Assembly (NCBI GenBank): GCA_051971635.1
Contig: JBFPLN010000001.1
Location: 224,001 to 288,000 of the forward strand
Reading direction: 5' to 3'
Source of the DNA: Candidatus Atelocyanobacterium thalassae
GTDB taxonomy: Bacteria; Cyanobacteriota; Cyanobacteriia; Cyanobacteriales; Microcystaceae
Length of the DNA stretch: 64,000 nucleotides
A program made the position numbers and the translations under genes. A model generated the notes under the pieces. It ran no database searches, was not told the origin of the DNA, and saw nothing but the letters and a program-made list of their open reading frames with translations. Numbering within the stretch: the first letter of the stretch is position 1; every line of letters begins with the position of its first letter. Below are positions 1-11,117 of this stretch, one piece after another.

Positions 1-1291
1 TAATGCTCTAGATCTAGGTTGGTTTGATCAAACTTCTTACTTAATTAGTCAAGGGATTGAGCCCGTTGTTTCTTTTTCTGATAATCATATATTAGGAGAT
101 CACGCGGCAATTATTTTATATCCTTTATCGTTATTTTATATAGTTTATCCAGATATACATTGGTTACTTTTTATTCAATCGTTTGCTTTAGCAATTACTA
201 TCTTACCCTTATGGAAACTAGCGAAACAGGCTAATTTGTCTGATAATTCATCTTTAGTTGTCATATTTATATATTTACTTTATCCATTAACCTTTAATGT
301 TAATTTATTTGACTTTCATACAGAAATTATTGCTTTACCTGCAATTGTATGGTCAATCTTAGCAGCTAAAATAAACTCAAGATTACAATTTGTTTTCTCA
401 ATCATACTAATCTTAAGTTGTAAAGCAGTATTATCATTAACAGTAATTGGAATAGGTTTTTGGTTATTTTTTAATAAAAGAAAAAGAGAATATGGGATCT
501 TTGCACTATTTACAGGAGTAATATGGTTTGTATTAGCTACACAATTTATTATTCCTCAGTTTAATAATGGTGAAGTTGCGGCTGTAGGGAGATATTCATT
601 CTTAGGTAGTTCAGTTTTTGATATTGTTGTTAATTTATTTACTAACCCAAAAATCATTTTCAGCTATATTTGGAACTTGGCAAATTTAGAATATATTGTA
701 TTACTATTTATTCCCGTAGCTTGTTTTTTGAATCCTTATTATTTTAATGTTTTAATACCTGCTATTCCTAACTTGGCCTTAAATTTATTAACAGATTATC
801 AGCCACAAAAAGATTTAGTTCATCAGTATTCTGTTCCTATAATACCATTTCTATTATTACTAGTTATTAGTTGCATACAAAATAAGAAAGAAATAACTTT
901 CCTTACAAAATATGCTCTAATATGGTCATTGCTAAGTTTTTTAGTATTAGCAAAATATAATTTTTTTATTTTTAGATACATCAAACAGATGGGAAAAATA
1001 TCAGCCATGAAAGAAGCTGTAGAATTAGTACCTCCAAAAGTAAAAGTATTAACATCCCCTCAGTTCGCACCTCATTTGAGCCATCGTTCCGTCATCAAAT
1101 TAGCTATTGGAGATCATGATCCCATTAATATTGATAGTTATGATCATATATTACTAAATGTACGCTATCCAGGCTGGAGAAATTCTAGATATACAGTTGA
1201 CAAGTTAGTAAAAAAACTAAAAAATGACTCTGATTTTAGATTAGAATATAGCCGTAAAGATATAGTTTTATTCAAAAAAAAAGATAATTAA
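1..1291 (+). CDS. DUF2079-family multi-pass membrane protein (5' end outside the window)
   Basis: Frame is open from position 2 (NALDLGWFDQ...HILGDHA) into the listed ORF. Motifs NLFDFH, KDLVHQYS, APHLSHR. Paralogous to the gene at 54698-56088. Confidence 0.8.
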   Translation, partial: NALDLGWFDQTSYLISQGIEPVVSFSDNHILGDHAAIILYPLSLFYIVYPDIHWLLFIQSFALAITILPLWKLAKQANLSDNSSLVVIFIYLLYPLTFNVNLFDFHTEIIALPAIVWSILAAKINSRLQFVFSIILILSCKAVLSLTVIGIGFWLFFNKRKREYGIFALFTGVIWFVLATQFIIPQFNNGEVAAVGRYSFLGSSVFDIVVNLFTNPKIIFSYIWNLANLEYIVLLFIPVACFLNPYYFNVLIPAIPNLALNLLTDYQPQKDLVHQYSVPIIPFLLLLVISCIQNKKEITFLTKYALIWSLLSFLVLAKYNFFIFRYIKQMGKISAMKEAVELVPPKVKVLTSPQFAPHLSHRSVIKLAIGDHDPINIDSYDHILLNVRYPGWRNSRYTVDKLVKKLKNDSDFRLEYSRKDIVLFKKKDN

Positions 1292-1396
1292 TTTTCTTCT
1301 ATCTGAAAATATAAACAATTAGAAAGTGTAATTTATATTAGGAAATTCTGCCTTTTTTATTGACCATGCTATACTAAACTGACATTAACTATAAGA

Positions 1397-2017
1397 ATGA
1401 TGAAACCTTTATTTATTGTTTTAGAAGGTATTGATAAATCTGGAAAAACTACACAAGCAGAATTTCTTAAAGACTATTTAATTGAACATGGAAACTTAGC
1501 AATTGTTAGTTCAGAACCTACAAATAGCAGTATAGGAAAATTGATTAGACAAGGTATGCAAAATCAGTTTTTTTCCATTAAAGATAAAACAAGATTTGAC
1601 GAACAAATGGCTTATTTATTTGCTGCAGATAGGCATCACCATTTATACAATGATGTAGATGGAGTTTTTAAGTTAATTAAACAAGACAATTACACTGTAA
1701 TTTCTACTCGCTATTATTTTTCATCTCTTGCGTATAATAGCTCTACAGAATTTGATTTTGTTTATCAATTAAATCAAAAGTTCCCTAATCCTGATTTGGT
1801 AATTTATATAGATGTTTCACTTGATGTTGCTTTGTCTCGTCTGAAAAACTTTACATTTCAAGAAGTATATGAAACTAAAGGTAAATTAGATAAAGTACGA
1901 AAAAATTATCAAGCTATCTTTAGCAACTATAAAGGCAATATTCTAAAAATTAACGGAGAAAACTCTGTTGATGATATTCATAAAGATATTATTAATAGTT
2001 TAACAAAGCAAGTTTAA
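1397..2017 (+). CDS. tmk: Thymidylate (dTMP) kinase
   Basis: P-loop EGIDKSGKTTQ, EPT, LFAADR, RYYFSSLAY, PDLVIYID motifs. Confidence 0.92.
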   Translation: MMKPLFIVLEGIDKSGKTTQAEFLKDYLIEHGNLAIVSSEPTNSSIGKLIRQGMQNQFFSIKDKTRFDEQMAYLFAADRHHHLYNDVDGVFKLIKQDNYTVISTRYYFSSLAYNSSTEFDFVYQLNQKFPNPDLVIYIDVSLDVALSRLKNFTFQEVYETKGKLDKVRKNYQAIFSNYKGNILKINGENSVDDIHKDIINSLTKQV

Positions 2018-2297
2018 TTATTTAGAGAAAAAGTTGATAAGCATTAGTTACTTGAGCATGGGAAGTTATACATAAATTACTAATAGAAATTGGTTCATTT
2101 TTTGTCGATCACAATTAAATTTTTTAAGAATAATTAATATACAGAGTTAATACACAAAAGTAATAAGTCCTAATATTTATACTAGCTATATATTTGATTT
2201 TCGGGATAAGAATTATAAAAGTTATCTCTCAAATATTATAAAAAATGCGTTAGACTATTTTAAATTTAGTACTATTTTATTCAAAATTTTAAAAATC

Positions 2298-3224
2298 GTG
2301 TTTATAAGCATTGTCATCCCGACTTACAATCGTAAACCAATTTTAGAAAAATGTCTTTATGCATTAGAGCAACAAAAATTTACTGATACCAAAATTAATA
2401 ATTATGAAATAGTTCTTATCGATGATGGTTCTACGGATGGAACTTTACAGTGGTTAGATACAAACAAACATGATTTTCCTCATGTTTGTTCTTTTCTTCA
2501 AGATCATCTTGGTCCTGCATCGGCAAGAAATCTGGGTATAGAGAAAGCAAAAGGAGATGTAATAATCTTTATCGATAGTGATCTGGTTGTTACTGAATCA
2601 TTTTTACAATCTCATGCAAATTCATTAATAAAAGGTAGAGAAGAGTTGGGTAATGATCGTTTATTTACCTATGGTGCAGTCATTAATACATGTAATTTCG
2701 ATAATCCAACTTCAGCAACCTATAAAGTTACTGACTTTTCTGCTGCTTTTTTTGCCACTGGTAATGTGGCAATTTCTCGTAAATGGCTAGAAAAAGCAGG
2801 GTTATTTGATACAAATTTTAAGCAATATGGATGGGAAGACTTAGAGTTAGGCGTAAGATTAAAAAAATTAGGATTAAAGTTGATCAAGTGTCCTGAAGCA
2901 GTTGGCTATCATTGGCACCCAGCCTTTACTTTGGAGCAAATTCCTAATTTAGTTAATCAAGAAGTTCAAAGAGGTAAAATGGGAATTTTGTTTTACCAAA
3001 AGCATCCTACTTTTGAAGTCCGTCTTATGATCCAAATGACATGGTTTCATAAAACTTTATGGGGAATTCTTTCTCTAGGTGGAATTTTAAACGAGAATAC
3101 TCTATCACCTATTTTACAATGGTTGATTAATCGTGGGAAGTCACAGATAGCATTAGAAATCGCTCGTATTTTTCTTAACTGGTACAATGTAAAAGCTGTA
3201 TATAAAGCTTATCAAGATATATGA
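2298..3224 (+). CDS. Glycosyltransferase family 2
   Basis: SIVIPTYNR, IDDGSTD, GPASARNLG, FIDSD (DxD), YGWEDLELG; GTG start. Confidence 0.9.
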   Translation: MFISIVIPTYNRKPILEKCLYALEQQKFTDTKINNYEIVLIDDGSTDGTLQWLDTNKHDFPHVCSFLQDHLGPASARNLGIEKAKGDVIIFIDSDLVVTESFLQSHANSLIKGREELGNDRLFTYGAVINTCNFDNPTSATYKVTDFSAAFFATGNVAISRKWLEKAGLFDTNFKQYGWEDLELGVRLKKLGLKLIKCPEAVGYHWHPAFTLEQIPNLVNQEVQRGKMGILFYQKHPTFEVRLMIQMTWFHKTLWGILSLGGILNENTLSPILQWLINRGKSQIALEIARIFLNWYNVKAVYKAYQDI

Positions 3225-3367
3225 TATAGAGGATTTTTTGTTTCTACTACATAAATAACTTGCATTAAAAAAATTAATATTTTGAGAGTCTGTAAAACTA
3301 TTGATCCCAAATACTTAATCACTTTTTATATAACTATTAGTCATATCTTGTACAAATCACCTTAAAG

Positions 3368-3407
3368 AATTGTATTTATTAATAATTTTTTATTAATAAA
3401 TACAATT
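3368..3407. repeat. Perfect inverted repeat, 18-bp arms, 4-nt loop (probable bidirectional terminator)
   Basis: aattgtatttattaataa-tttt-ttattaataaatacaatt between the convergent GT2 gene and mutS. Confidence 0.85.
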
Positions 3408-3494
3408 ATTCTGCTATGGTAACTATTCTAATCAGTTTAGTTTGATAAAAAAGATTCATGACAAATACCCGAACCTTTTTTACTAAGTATTAAA

Positions 3495-6059
3495 CTAATT
3501 ATTCTCCAGTTCATTAAGTTTCAATATAATCCTACTAGATTGACTAACCCTATCCATAATTTTTTTAGCTCTTATAGTTACAGAGGAAGGTAATCCAGCT
3601 AATTTGGCAACTTCAATTCCGTAAGACTTACTTGCACCTCCTGGACGAATTTGGTGTAGGAAAACGAGACTATCAGCCTTTTCCTCTACTATAGTTTGAA
3701 AATTAGCTATTTTAGGGATTTTATGAGCTAATTCATTTAATTCGTGATAATGAGTTGCAAATATAGTTTTTCCTTTAATTTCTTTGCTTAAATATTCTGC
3801 TATGGCCCAAGCTATAGAGAGTCCATCAAAAGTTGATGTTCCCCTGCCAACTTCATCTAATAAAATTAATGACTTTTCTGTTGCATGGTTAAGAATATTA
3901 GCAGTTTCATTCATTTCCACCATAAAAGTTGATTGCCCAGTTGCCAGATCATCTACTGCACCTACGCGCGTAAAAATACGATCAGTAATACCTACTTTTG
4001 CAGAAGCTGCTGGAACAAAGCTCCCAGCTTGTGCTAACAATTGAATAACGCCTATTTGTCTTAAATAACAACTTTTTCCACTAGAATTTGGACCCGTTAA
4101 AATAATTAAATTAGGATTTTCTAGTAATTCTTCAGAACTTTCAAGAAAGACAGAATTAGGTACAAAAGAGCCCAATGGTAATAATTCTTCAACTACTGGG
4201 TGTCTACCATCAGTAATGTTTAATGACTGATTTTCTAGAATTTGAGGTCGACAATAATCTTTGTTAACAGCAGTTATCGCAAAACTTAATAAGATATCAA
4301 TAGCTGCTATTGATTTAGCAATTTGACAGATTGCATGCCCTTCTTTCGCTACTTCTGAACGTAGCTTTATAAAAATTTCATACTCTAGTTTTTTAACAGT
4401 TTTTTGTGCGCTTAAAATACGAACCTCTCGTTCTTTTAGTTCAGGAGTAATAAAACGTTCTTCATTAGCTAATGTTTGCTTTCTGATGAAATAGTCCGGA
4501 ACCTGTGCTGATTTACTACGAGGTAAGCTTATGTAAAAACCAAAAGATTTACTATAACCAACTTTAAGGCTACTAATTCCTGTTTTTTTCTTTTCTGTTA
4601 ACTCCAGATTCGATAACCATTTACGATCATCTTCCATCTGTCTTCTCATACTATCTAGGTCTGTACTAACTCCATCTTTAATAATTCCTCCTTCTTTTAA
4701 TTTTGTCGGAAGAGACTCTATTAGATGATCACGAATATATTTTCCTAACTTCTCTAATTTCTTAGGCATATTACGTAAAGATTTAAAATAAGAAGATTTA
4801 CCTCGGTTCGCGAACTGTGATAAATCTTTTAATATTAATAGTGAATTAGCTAAACAAGATAAATGTCTTGCATTAGCTGTTCCTGAAGTGATTTTAGTAC
4901 TAATTCTTTCTAGATCATGTATGTTTGCTAATAATTGTTTAAGATCATGTCTTAATGTAATGTCTTCTACTAACTCTTCAACAGTGTTCTGTCTTTCAGT
5001 AATTTTTTCAATATTCAGTAGAGGTTCTATCAACCAACGCTGTAAATCGCGGGCTCCCATAGAAGTTTCAGGTTTATGGATAATTGATAGCAAAGAACCT
5101 TTAAAAGTGGAGTCTTTAATAGTTTTAGTTATCTCTAAGTTACGACGTGTTTGGTAGTCTATGATAAGAAAATCATTTAAACTATAGCTTTTAGGTAATT
5201 GCAATGTAATCTGTTGACCAATTTGTGTATCTTCTATGTATTTCAGTAATCCCCCTGCAGCACTAATAGCTAGAGGTGAATTATGACAGCCCATTCCTTC
5301 TATAGAGCTAACATTAAAAACATTTAAAAGTTTTTCCTTTGCAGTATCTAAATCAAAAGTCTTTTTTGTTCTTAAAGAATAGCAAAAGCAATCTGGCAGA
5401 GTATTTATTAATAGTGAAGATTTTTCTCCAGGACGAATTATTTTGCCAGCATCTATATCATTTACTGAAATAATAATTTCGGCTGGTTGCAATCTAAGTA
5501 ACTCTGAGTTAAGGTCATGCATTTCTATACTTTGAGTAGTATAAAATTCTCCTGTCGATACGTCTGCATAAGCAAGACCCCATAAATTATTTTTTATTAT
5601 TAATGCTACTAAAAAATTATTATTTTCTGGTATGAGTAATTCATCATCCATTAAAGTTCCTGGAGTTAACAACCTGGTTACACGTCTTTCCACCATACGA
5701 CCTTGAGCAAATGCTTCTGAAGAGTCTTCTACTTGATCACAGATTGCGATACAGTAACCCTTATCTATCAACAACTTAGCGTAACGATCTAGTGAATGAT
5801 GAGGAAACCCTGTTAAAGTAATTCTTCCAACTTTTTTCCCTGCCTCTTTACTAGTCAAAATTGTTCCAACTTCCTTAGAAACAATGACAGCATCTTGAAA
5901 AAAACATTCAAAAAAATCTCCTACCCTATATAGCAGAAGGGCATGAGAGTACTCTGCTTTAATATTTACATAATGCTGATACATTGGAGTTAAATTTTTA
6001 AAATCAAGGAGACGATAATCATTATGGGGAGATGCAATTTCTGCTTTTAAATTGTTCAT
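3495..6059 (-). CDS. mutS: DNA mismatch repair protein MutS
   Basis: TPMYQHY, YRVGDFFE, TGPNSSGKS, GQSTFMVEM, DEVGRGTS, FATHYHEL, SYGIEVAKLAG. Confidence 0.97.
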   Translation of the reverse strand: MNNLKAEIASPHNDYRLLDFKNLTPMYQHYVNIKAEYSHALLLYRVGDFFECFFQDAVIVSKEVGTILTSKEAGKKVGRITLTGFPHHSLDRYAKLLIDKGYCIAICDQVEDSSEAFAQGRMVERRVTRLLTPGTLMDDELLIPENNNFLVALIIKNNLWGLAYADVSTGEFYTTQSIEMHDLNSELLRLQPAEIIISVNDIDAGKIIRPGEKSSLLINTLPDCFCYSLRTKKTFDLDTAKEKLLNVFNVSSIEGMGCHNSPLAISAAGGLLKYIEDTQIGQQITLQLPKSYSLNDFLIIDYQTRRNLEITKTIKDSTFKGSLLSIIHKPETSMGARDLQRWLIEPLLNIEKITERQNTVEELVEDITLRHDLKQLLANIHDLERISTKITSGTANARHLSCLANSLLILKDLSQFANRGKSSYFKSLRNMPKKLEKLGKYIRDHLIESLPTKLKEGGIIKDGVSTDLDSMRRQMEDDRKWLSNLELTEKKKTGISSLKVGYSKSFGFYISLPRSKSAQVPDYFIRKQTLANEERFITPELKEREVRILSAQKTVKKLEYEIFIKLRSEVAKEGHAICQIAKSIAAIDILLSFAITAVNKDYCRPQILENQSLNITDGRHPVVEELLPLGSFVPNSVFLESSEELLENPNLIILTGPNSSGKSCYLRQIGVIQLLAQAGSFVPAASAKVGITDRIFTRVGAVDDLATGQSTFMVEMNETANILNHATEKSLILLDEVGRGTSTFDGLSIAWAIAEYLSKEIKGKTIFATHYHELNELAHKIPKIANFQTIVEEKADSLVFLHQIRPGGASKSYGIEVAKLAGLPSSVTIRAKKIMDRVSQSSRIILKLNELENN

Positions 6060-6068
6060 AATATTTTC

Positions 6069-6142
6069 TTAATGTGATATAATATTATATTACATTAATC
6101 TCAAATTAAGTTTAATTATATAAATAATATAATTAAACTTAA
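6069..6142. repeat. Twin inverted repeats (6069-6098, 15-bp arms with 1 mismatch; 6106-6142, 16-bp perfect arms)
   Basis: ttaatgtgatataat/attatattacattaa and ttaagtttaattatat/atataattaaacttaa immediately upstream of mutS. Confidence 0.75.
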
Positions 6143-6385
6143 ACTAATTAATAAAATAACTACCCATCTTTTAACATATTAAAAATTTTTAACTTTTTAT
6201 TAATTTATATGAAGGATGAGAGGGAGGACGTTTAAATTTTAATTACTCTCTCTGCAAAGCTTTTAGGTATTTGCTGCTAGAATGTACTCGTAATAAAATC
6301 AGATAAGCAATTATAATATGTTGAAGAATTAAGCTTAACAAATTATCAATTAAAATATCCTTTAATAAATATAGAGAAAGCAACT

Positions 6386-7123
6386 ATGACAGACGAAAAA
6401 CAACGAATAGAAATGAATACAGAAACCTCTGAAGTAGAAGATGTATGTATTAGCTCTTCTGAAGTTGAAGTTAATGAACAAATTGAGACAAATTCTGATG
6501 CTGATAAAAAATTAGAAGTCAATGAAAGTATTAATTCAACAAATTCTGAAGCAGAATCAGAAAAAGACTTAATCTCTAGTCTAAATGAAACAATAAGTAA
6601 CTTAGAAACTAAGCTAAAAGAGCATAGTCAACAATATGAAACCCTTAATAATAATAATCTTCGGCTTAATGCAGAATTTGATAACTACCGAAAACGTTCG
6701 ATAAAAGAAAAAGAAGATTTAGAAGTTAAGGTTAAATGTAAAACAATTAGTGAATTATTATCTGTTGTAGATAATTTTGAGCGTGCTCGTAACTCGATCA
6801 ACCCAACTAGTGATGGAGAAGCAACAATACATAAAAGCTATCAGGGAGTATATAAGGCACTAGTAGACAGCCTTAAGCGCCTGGGTGTTGCACCTATGCG
6901 TCCTGAGGGAGAAAATTTTAATCCTTTATATCATGAAGCTATGCTACGAGAATATACCGATGAATACCCAGAAGGAACTATTATTCAAGAACTAATGCGT
7001 GGCTATATACTAGGCGAACAAGTTTTACGACACGCAATGGTAAAGGTTGCCGCTCCTAAAACTTCTGATTCTTCAGTCCAGGAAGAAAATCTAGTAACAG
7101 ATGAAAAAGATTTGAAGAAATAA
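6386..7123 (+). CDS. grpE: Nucleotide exchange factor GrpE
   Basis: [44 protein letters not shown]. Confidence 0.96.
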   Translation: MTDEKQRIEMNTETSEVEDVCISSSEVEVNEQIETNSDADKKLEVNESINSTNSEAESEKDLISSLNETISNLETKLKEHSQQYETLNNNNLRLNAEFDNYRKRSIKEKEDLEVKVKCKTISELLSVVDNFERARNSINPTSDGEATIHKSYQGVYKALVDSLKRLGVAPMRPEGENFNPLYHEAMLREYTDEYPEGTIIQELMRGYILGEQVLRHAMVKVAAPKTSDSSVQEENLVTDEKDLKK

Positions 7124-7126
7124 GAT

Positions 7127-7192
7127 AACTAAATTAACTTTATATAAAAGTTAAAAAGAAATTTTTAACTCTTATATAAAGTTAATTTAGTT
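7127..7192. repeat. Inverted repeat, 31-bp arms (1 mismatch), GAAA loop
   Basis: aactaaattaactttatataaaagttaaaaa-gaaa-tttttaactcttatataaagttaatttagtt, starting 4 nt after the grpE stop. Confidence 0.9.
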
Positions 7193-7243
7193 CAAGATAA
7201 GTATCATCTATTCTTTAAAAATTTACAAAATTTAAAAATTATT

Positions 7244-8311
7244 TTAGTGCCTTGGTGGTCTTAAAGTAGCGGAACGATTTATTGGTCCTAAAATTTGGTT
7301 TAACTGACGTAATTGTTCAGGTGTACCCATACAAATAAGTAAATCTCCTGCCATTAATTCAGTTTCTCCTGTTGGTCCACCTAATAAGGCACCATCAGAA
7401 CGCCGAATAGCCAAGACCAGTGAACCTGACTGAAGCCTAAGTCTTGCCTCACTTAAAGTTTGTCCAACACAAGGGCAATATTTAGGATCAACAAGGAATT
7501 CTTCCATATAAAATGTACGATCACTACCAGTTAGAATGCCATCTACAAAATCCATAACTTGAGGCCTTAAAGCAGCAGAAGCAAGTCTCTTACCTCCCGT
7601 AATGTAAGGTGAAACAACAGAATCGGCTCCAGCTCTTTGCAATTTAAGAACAGCTTCTTCTGTACTAGCTCTAGCAATTGCTCTAATTTTTGGATTCAAG
7701 GTTTTCGCAGAAAGTACAGTATAGAGGTTTTCTGCATCAGAGGTTAAAGCAGAGACCAAACATACTGCCTTATCTATTTTGGCATTTATTAGACATTCAT
7801 CAAGAGTAGCATCTCCTTGGATTACGATATAGCCTAATTGTTTTGCTTCTTCTACCTGTTCAGGTCGAGAATCAATAATAACAAAAGGAACTTCTTCTGC
7901 AGTAAACTCTAATGCAACTTGACGAGCAGTACGTCCATAGCCGCAAACAATACAGTGATGTTCTAAAGTATCTATCAAACGTTTCTCCTGTCTTTGTCGA
8001 ATTCCTTCTTGAAAATAGCCTTGAATCAAGGCTTCTGTTAAACGATTAACAATATAACCAATGGTAATAACCCCCATCGAAATAAGAACAATAGTAAACA
8101 GTTTGGAATTATCGTCTAGAGGATGAACTTCTGAAAAACCAACTGTTGAAAGGGTTATCATGGTCATATATGCTGCTTCTGTTAATGACCATCTCTCGAT
8201 CAAATAATACCAAATTGTCCCAGAAAGAAAAACTCCTCCTAAAGCAAACGCTCCACCAATTAACTCTTTCCGTAATCGTTGATATTTTTCTTCAAAAGAA
8301 TATAAAGCCAT
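7244..8311 (-). CDS. Potassium channel protein with TrkA-N/TrkA-C (RCK) domains
   Basis: Two TM helices with pore motif TLSTVGFSE, CIVCGYGR Rossmann motif, GDAT, C-terminal TrkA-C. ATG at 8311 preferred over TTG at 8320. Confidence 0.88.
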   Translation of the reverse strand: MALYSFEEKYQRLRKELIGGAFALGGVFLSGTIWYYLIERWSLTEAAYMTMITLSTVGFSEVHPLDDNSKLFTIVLISMGVITIGYIVNRLTEALIQGYFQEGIRQRQEKRLIDTLEHHCIVCGYGRTARQVALEFTAEEVPFVIIDSRPEQVEEAKQLGYIVIQGDATLDECLINAKIDKAVCLVSALTSDAENLYTVLSAKTLNPKIRAIARASTEEAVLKLQRAGADSVVSPYITGGKRLASAALRPQVMDFVDGILTGSDRTFYMEEFLVDPKYCPCVGQTLSEARLRLQSGSLVLAIRRSDGALLGGPTGETELMAGDLLICMGTPEQLRQLNQILGPINRSATLRPPRH

Positions 8312-8471
8312 AAGAAACAACGAGAAATATGAATACTTATCTCCAAAATATTTGATTAAAATTAAGTAATATTTAGAATAAAATTATCTAATACGTTACT
8401 TTATCTCTTGGTTAATTTTAAGAGTAAGAAGAATACTTATATAAAAATTCAATCATGACCATATATCAAGA

Positions 8472-10904
8472 TTAACTACGGAGAGTAACGTTGAATTGAT
8501 CTACTAAAGTCTTGCGAATTCGATTATGAGTAGTTATTACATCTTTATCAGTTAATGTACGTTCATCAGAACGATAAAGCAAACTAAAAGCTAAATTTCT
8601 TTGTCCTTTTGGTACACTTTCTCCCCGATAATCATCAAACAGCTCTATTTCTTTTAATAAGTTTCCTCCTGCTGTTTTCATTTTTTCAATTAGTCTAGCC
8701 ACAGGAATATCTAAAGAAACAAAAAAGGCTAAATCTAATTCTATAGGAGGATAAGAAGAAAAATGTTTAAATACAGGTGTTAAGAGAGCTTCTTGACTAA
8801 GAGTCTGCAGTAAAACCTCAAAATTTAGCTCAAATCCATATACAGTACTAATTAAATCTAGTTCTTGGCATAATTGCGGATGTAGTTGCCCAAATACTCC
8901 TAAGAACTCGTTATTTAGCCATAAAGAAGCTGTACGTCCTGGATGTAACCTTTTATCTTGTTCATAAGCTTTGTATTCAACTACAATTTTGAATTTTTTA
9001 AAAACACTATCCAAAATGCCTTTCGCCTCATACCAAGTCATGGGAGGTAACTTTCCACCTGTTATCCAGCGTCCCTCGGTAAGAAAGTCACCTCCCATGA
9101 TACCGGCTAAACTTTCTAATTCTTGGCTTTGACCTTCAATGTTATAAAAAATTTTACCAATTTCAAATCCATTTAAAGATCCGTTACCTTGCGATTGGTT
9201 ATAAGCGAATGTACTAATTAGACCATCTAGTAAATTATTTCTTAAAGCTGAGTATTCTGTTAGCAAAGGATTTGCGAGAACTATATCAGCTTTTTCTGGT
9301 TTAACAAGAGAGTATTGTACCAATTCATGTAGACCAACAGAACGAAATGTTTCCCTAAGCTTACGCTGGATATAATATTCTTGAGAAAGCTTTCCAGGCT
9401 CTGTTTTATAAGGTAATTCATCACAAAAATTTCCATATCCGTAAATACGAGCTATTTCCTCTATTAGATCAATTTCTCTATATAGGTCTCGGTAACGATA
9501 AGATGGAATAACAACCGACCAGACATTGTTTGCATTATTAACTAAGTTTAGCGTACATCCTAAGTTAGTTAGAATATCGTGCACTTCTTCTGAAGTTATA
9601 AGAGATTTAAGACCATTTTTCCAAACTGGTCCTAAAAATTTATGGATACGTTCTAAACGTAAAGTTATTTTAGGAATATTAGTTTGAGAACGATTGTCAA
9701 CTATATTTTGAGAGACCAGAACTCCTCCAGCTAATTCGTGAATTAGGTTAATAGCATGCTGACAAGCCACCTCTAATTCGAATTGATTAACTCCTCTCTC
9801 ATATCTTATAGAAGCTTCAGTACGTAAGTTTTGACTTTTTGAAGAATGGCGAATAGCTACCTGATTAAATAGAGCAGTCTCTAGAAAAATATCTTTAGTT
9901 TGCTTATCAATTTCTGTTTCTTTTCCTCCCATAATTCCTGCAAGGGCAACAGGAGTATCATTAGAAGTAATTATTAAATTACCTTCATTTAACTTTCTAC
10001 TACAACCATCTAATGTTTGCAAAGTTTCTTTATCACTGGAAGAACGTACCTTAATGGTTAACTTATCCTTATTGTCTTTTAACTTTCTTAAGTCAAAAGC
10101 ATGCATAGGCTGTCCCCATTCCAGTAGGATTAAATTAGTTATGTCCACTATGTTGTTAATAGGTTCAATTCCTGAAGCTTTAAGTTTTTGTTGTAGCCAT
10201 ACTGGAGAAGAAGTTACTGTTACATTTTGAATAATAGTTCCAATATAAATTGGACAAGCCTTAATATCTTCAGTTTCTATTTTCAAAAAATCATTTCTAT
10301 TATCAAAAATAAAATTTTTGATAGTTCTAGGAGAATTAACTATATTTCCTGTTAGAGATGCTACTTCTCTAGCAATTCCTATCATGCTCATTGCATCAGG
10401 TCGATTAGCAGTAGGCATGACGCTTAATATAGTATCGTTTACGCCTAATATAGAAGCAACATTTTGGCCTACTTCTATCGTATCTCCTTTAAAAATATGA
10501 ATTTCGGACGATTCTTCTGATAGTCCAATCTCTGATAAAGAACAAATCATACCTTCTGATTTAATTCCTTGTAATTCTATTGAGCTGATCTTTAAATTTA
10601 TTTTAGATAAGTATGTTCCTAGAGTTGCAACAGGTACATATTTACCAATTTCAACATTAGGTGCACCACATACGATATTGAGTAAATTTTCTGTTCCAAT
10701 ATCAACTTTACAGATATTTAATTTTTGAGTTTTAGGATGAGGTTGACAATCTTTAATTAGACCAACTACAACTCCATCAGCCCATTCATAAAGATTTTCA
10801 TATTCATCTACCTCTAAACCTACAACTGTTAAGATATCAGCTAATTCCTCATGGGAAAAATTAAAATTTATTAGTTCCCGTAGCCACTTAACGGATATTT
10901 TCAT
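8472..10904 (-). CDS. pheT: Phenylalanine--tRNA ligase beta subunit
   Basis: MKISVKWLRE, IVCGAPNV, SEGMICS, TANRPD, GQPMHAFD, RYERG, DLIEEIARIYGY, C-terminal anticodon-binding domain. Confidence 0.97.
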   Translation of the reverse strand: MKISVKWLRELINFNFSHEELADILTVVGLEVDEYENLYEWADGVVVGLIKDCQPHPKTQKLNICKVDIGTENLLNIVCGAPNVEIGKYVPVATLGTYLSKINLKISSIELQGIKSEGMICSLSEIGLSEESSEIHIFKGDTIEVGQNVASILGVNDTILSVMPTANRPDAMSMIGIAREVASLTGNIVNSPRTIKNFIFDNRNDFLKIETEDIKACPIYIGTIIQNVTVTSSPVWLQQKLKASGIEPINNIVDITNLILLEWGQPMHAFDLRKLKDNKDKLTIKVRSSSDKETLQTLDGCSRKLNEGNLIITSNDTPVALAGIMGGKETEIDKQTKDIFLETALFNQVAIRHSSKSQNLRTEASIRYERGVNQFELEVACQHAINLIHELAGGVLVSQNIVDNRSQTNIPKITLRLERIHKFLGPVWKNGLKSLITSEEVHDILTNLGCTLNLVNNANNVWSVVIPSYRYRDLYREIDLIEEIARIYGYGNFCDELPYKTEPGKLSQEYYIQRKLRETFRSVGLHELVQYSLVKPEKADIVLANPLLTEYSALRNNLLDGLISTFAYNQSQGNGSLNGFEIGKIFYNIEGQSQELESLAGIMGGDFLTEGRWITGGKLPPMTWYEAKGILDSVFKKFKIVVEYKAYEQDKRLHPGRTASLWLNNEFLGVFGQLHPQLCQELDLISTVYGFELNFEVLLQTLSQEALLTPVFKHFSSYPPIELDLAFFVSLDIPVARLIEKMKTAGGNLLKEIELFDDYRGESVPKGQRNLAFSLLYRSDERTLTDKDVITTHNRIRKTLVDQFNVTLRS

Positions 10905-11117
10905 AATTTATTTTGTTATCGTAATAAATTCAAGCTCTAGTCTATCAAAGAATTATATTGCTTGTTGGATATTCCTTTGCAGTATTAAAATTCATAATTT
11001 TCTTGTAATTTAATAAACATTAATTACTTTAAATATTATTAACTTAAAGAATATTTTTTAACCTAAAGTCATGTCCAACTATAGATCTAAAAATTAATTA
11101 AACATATTAAAATTTAT

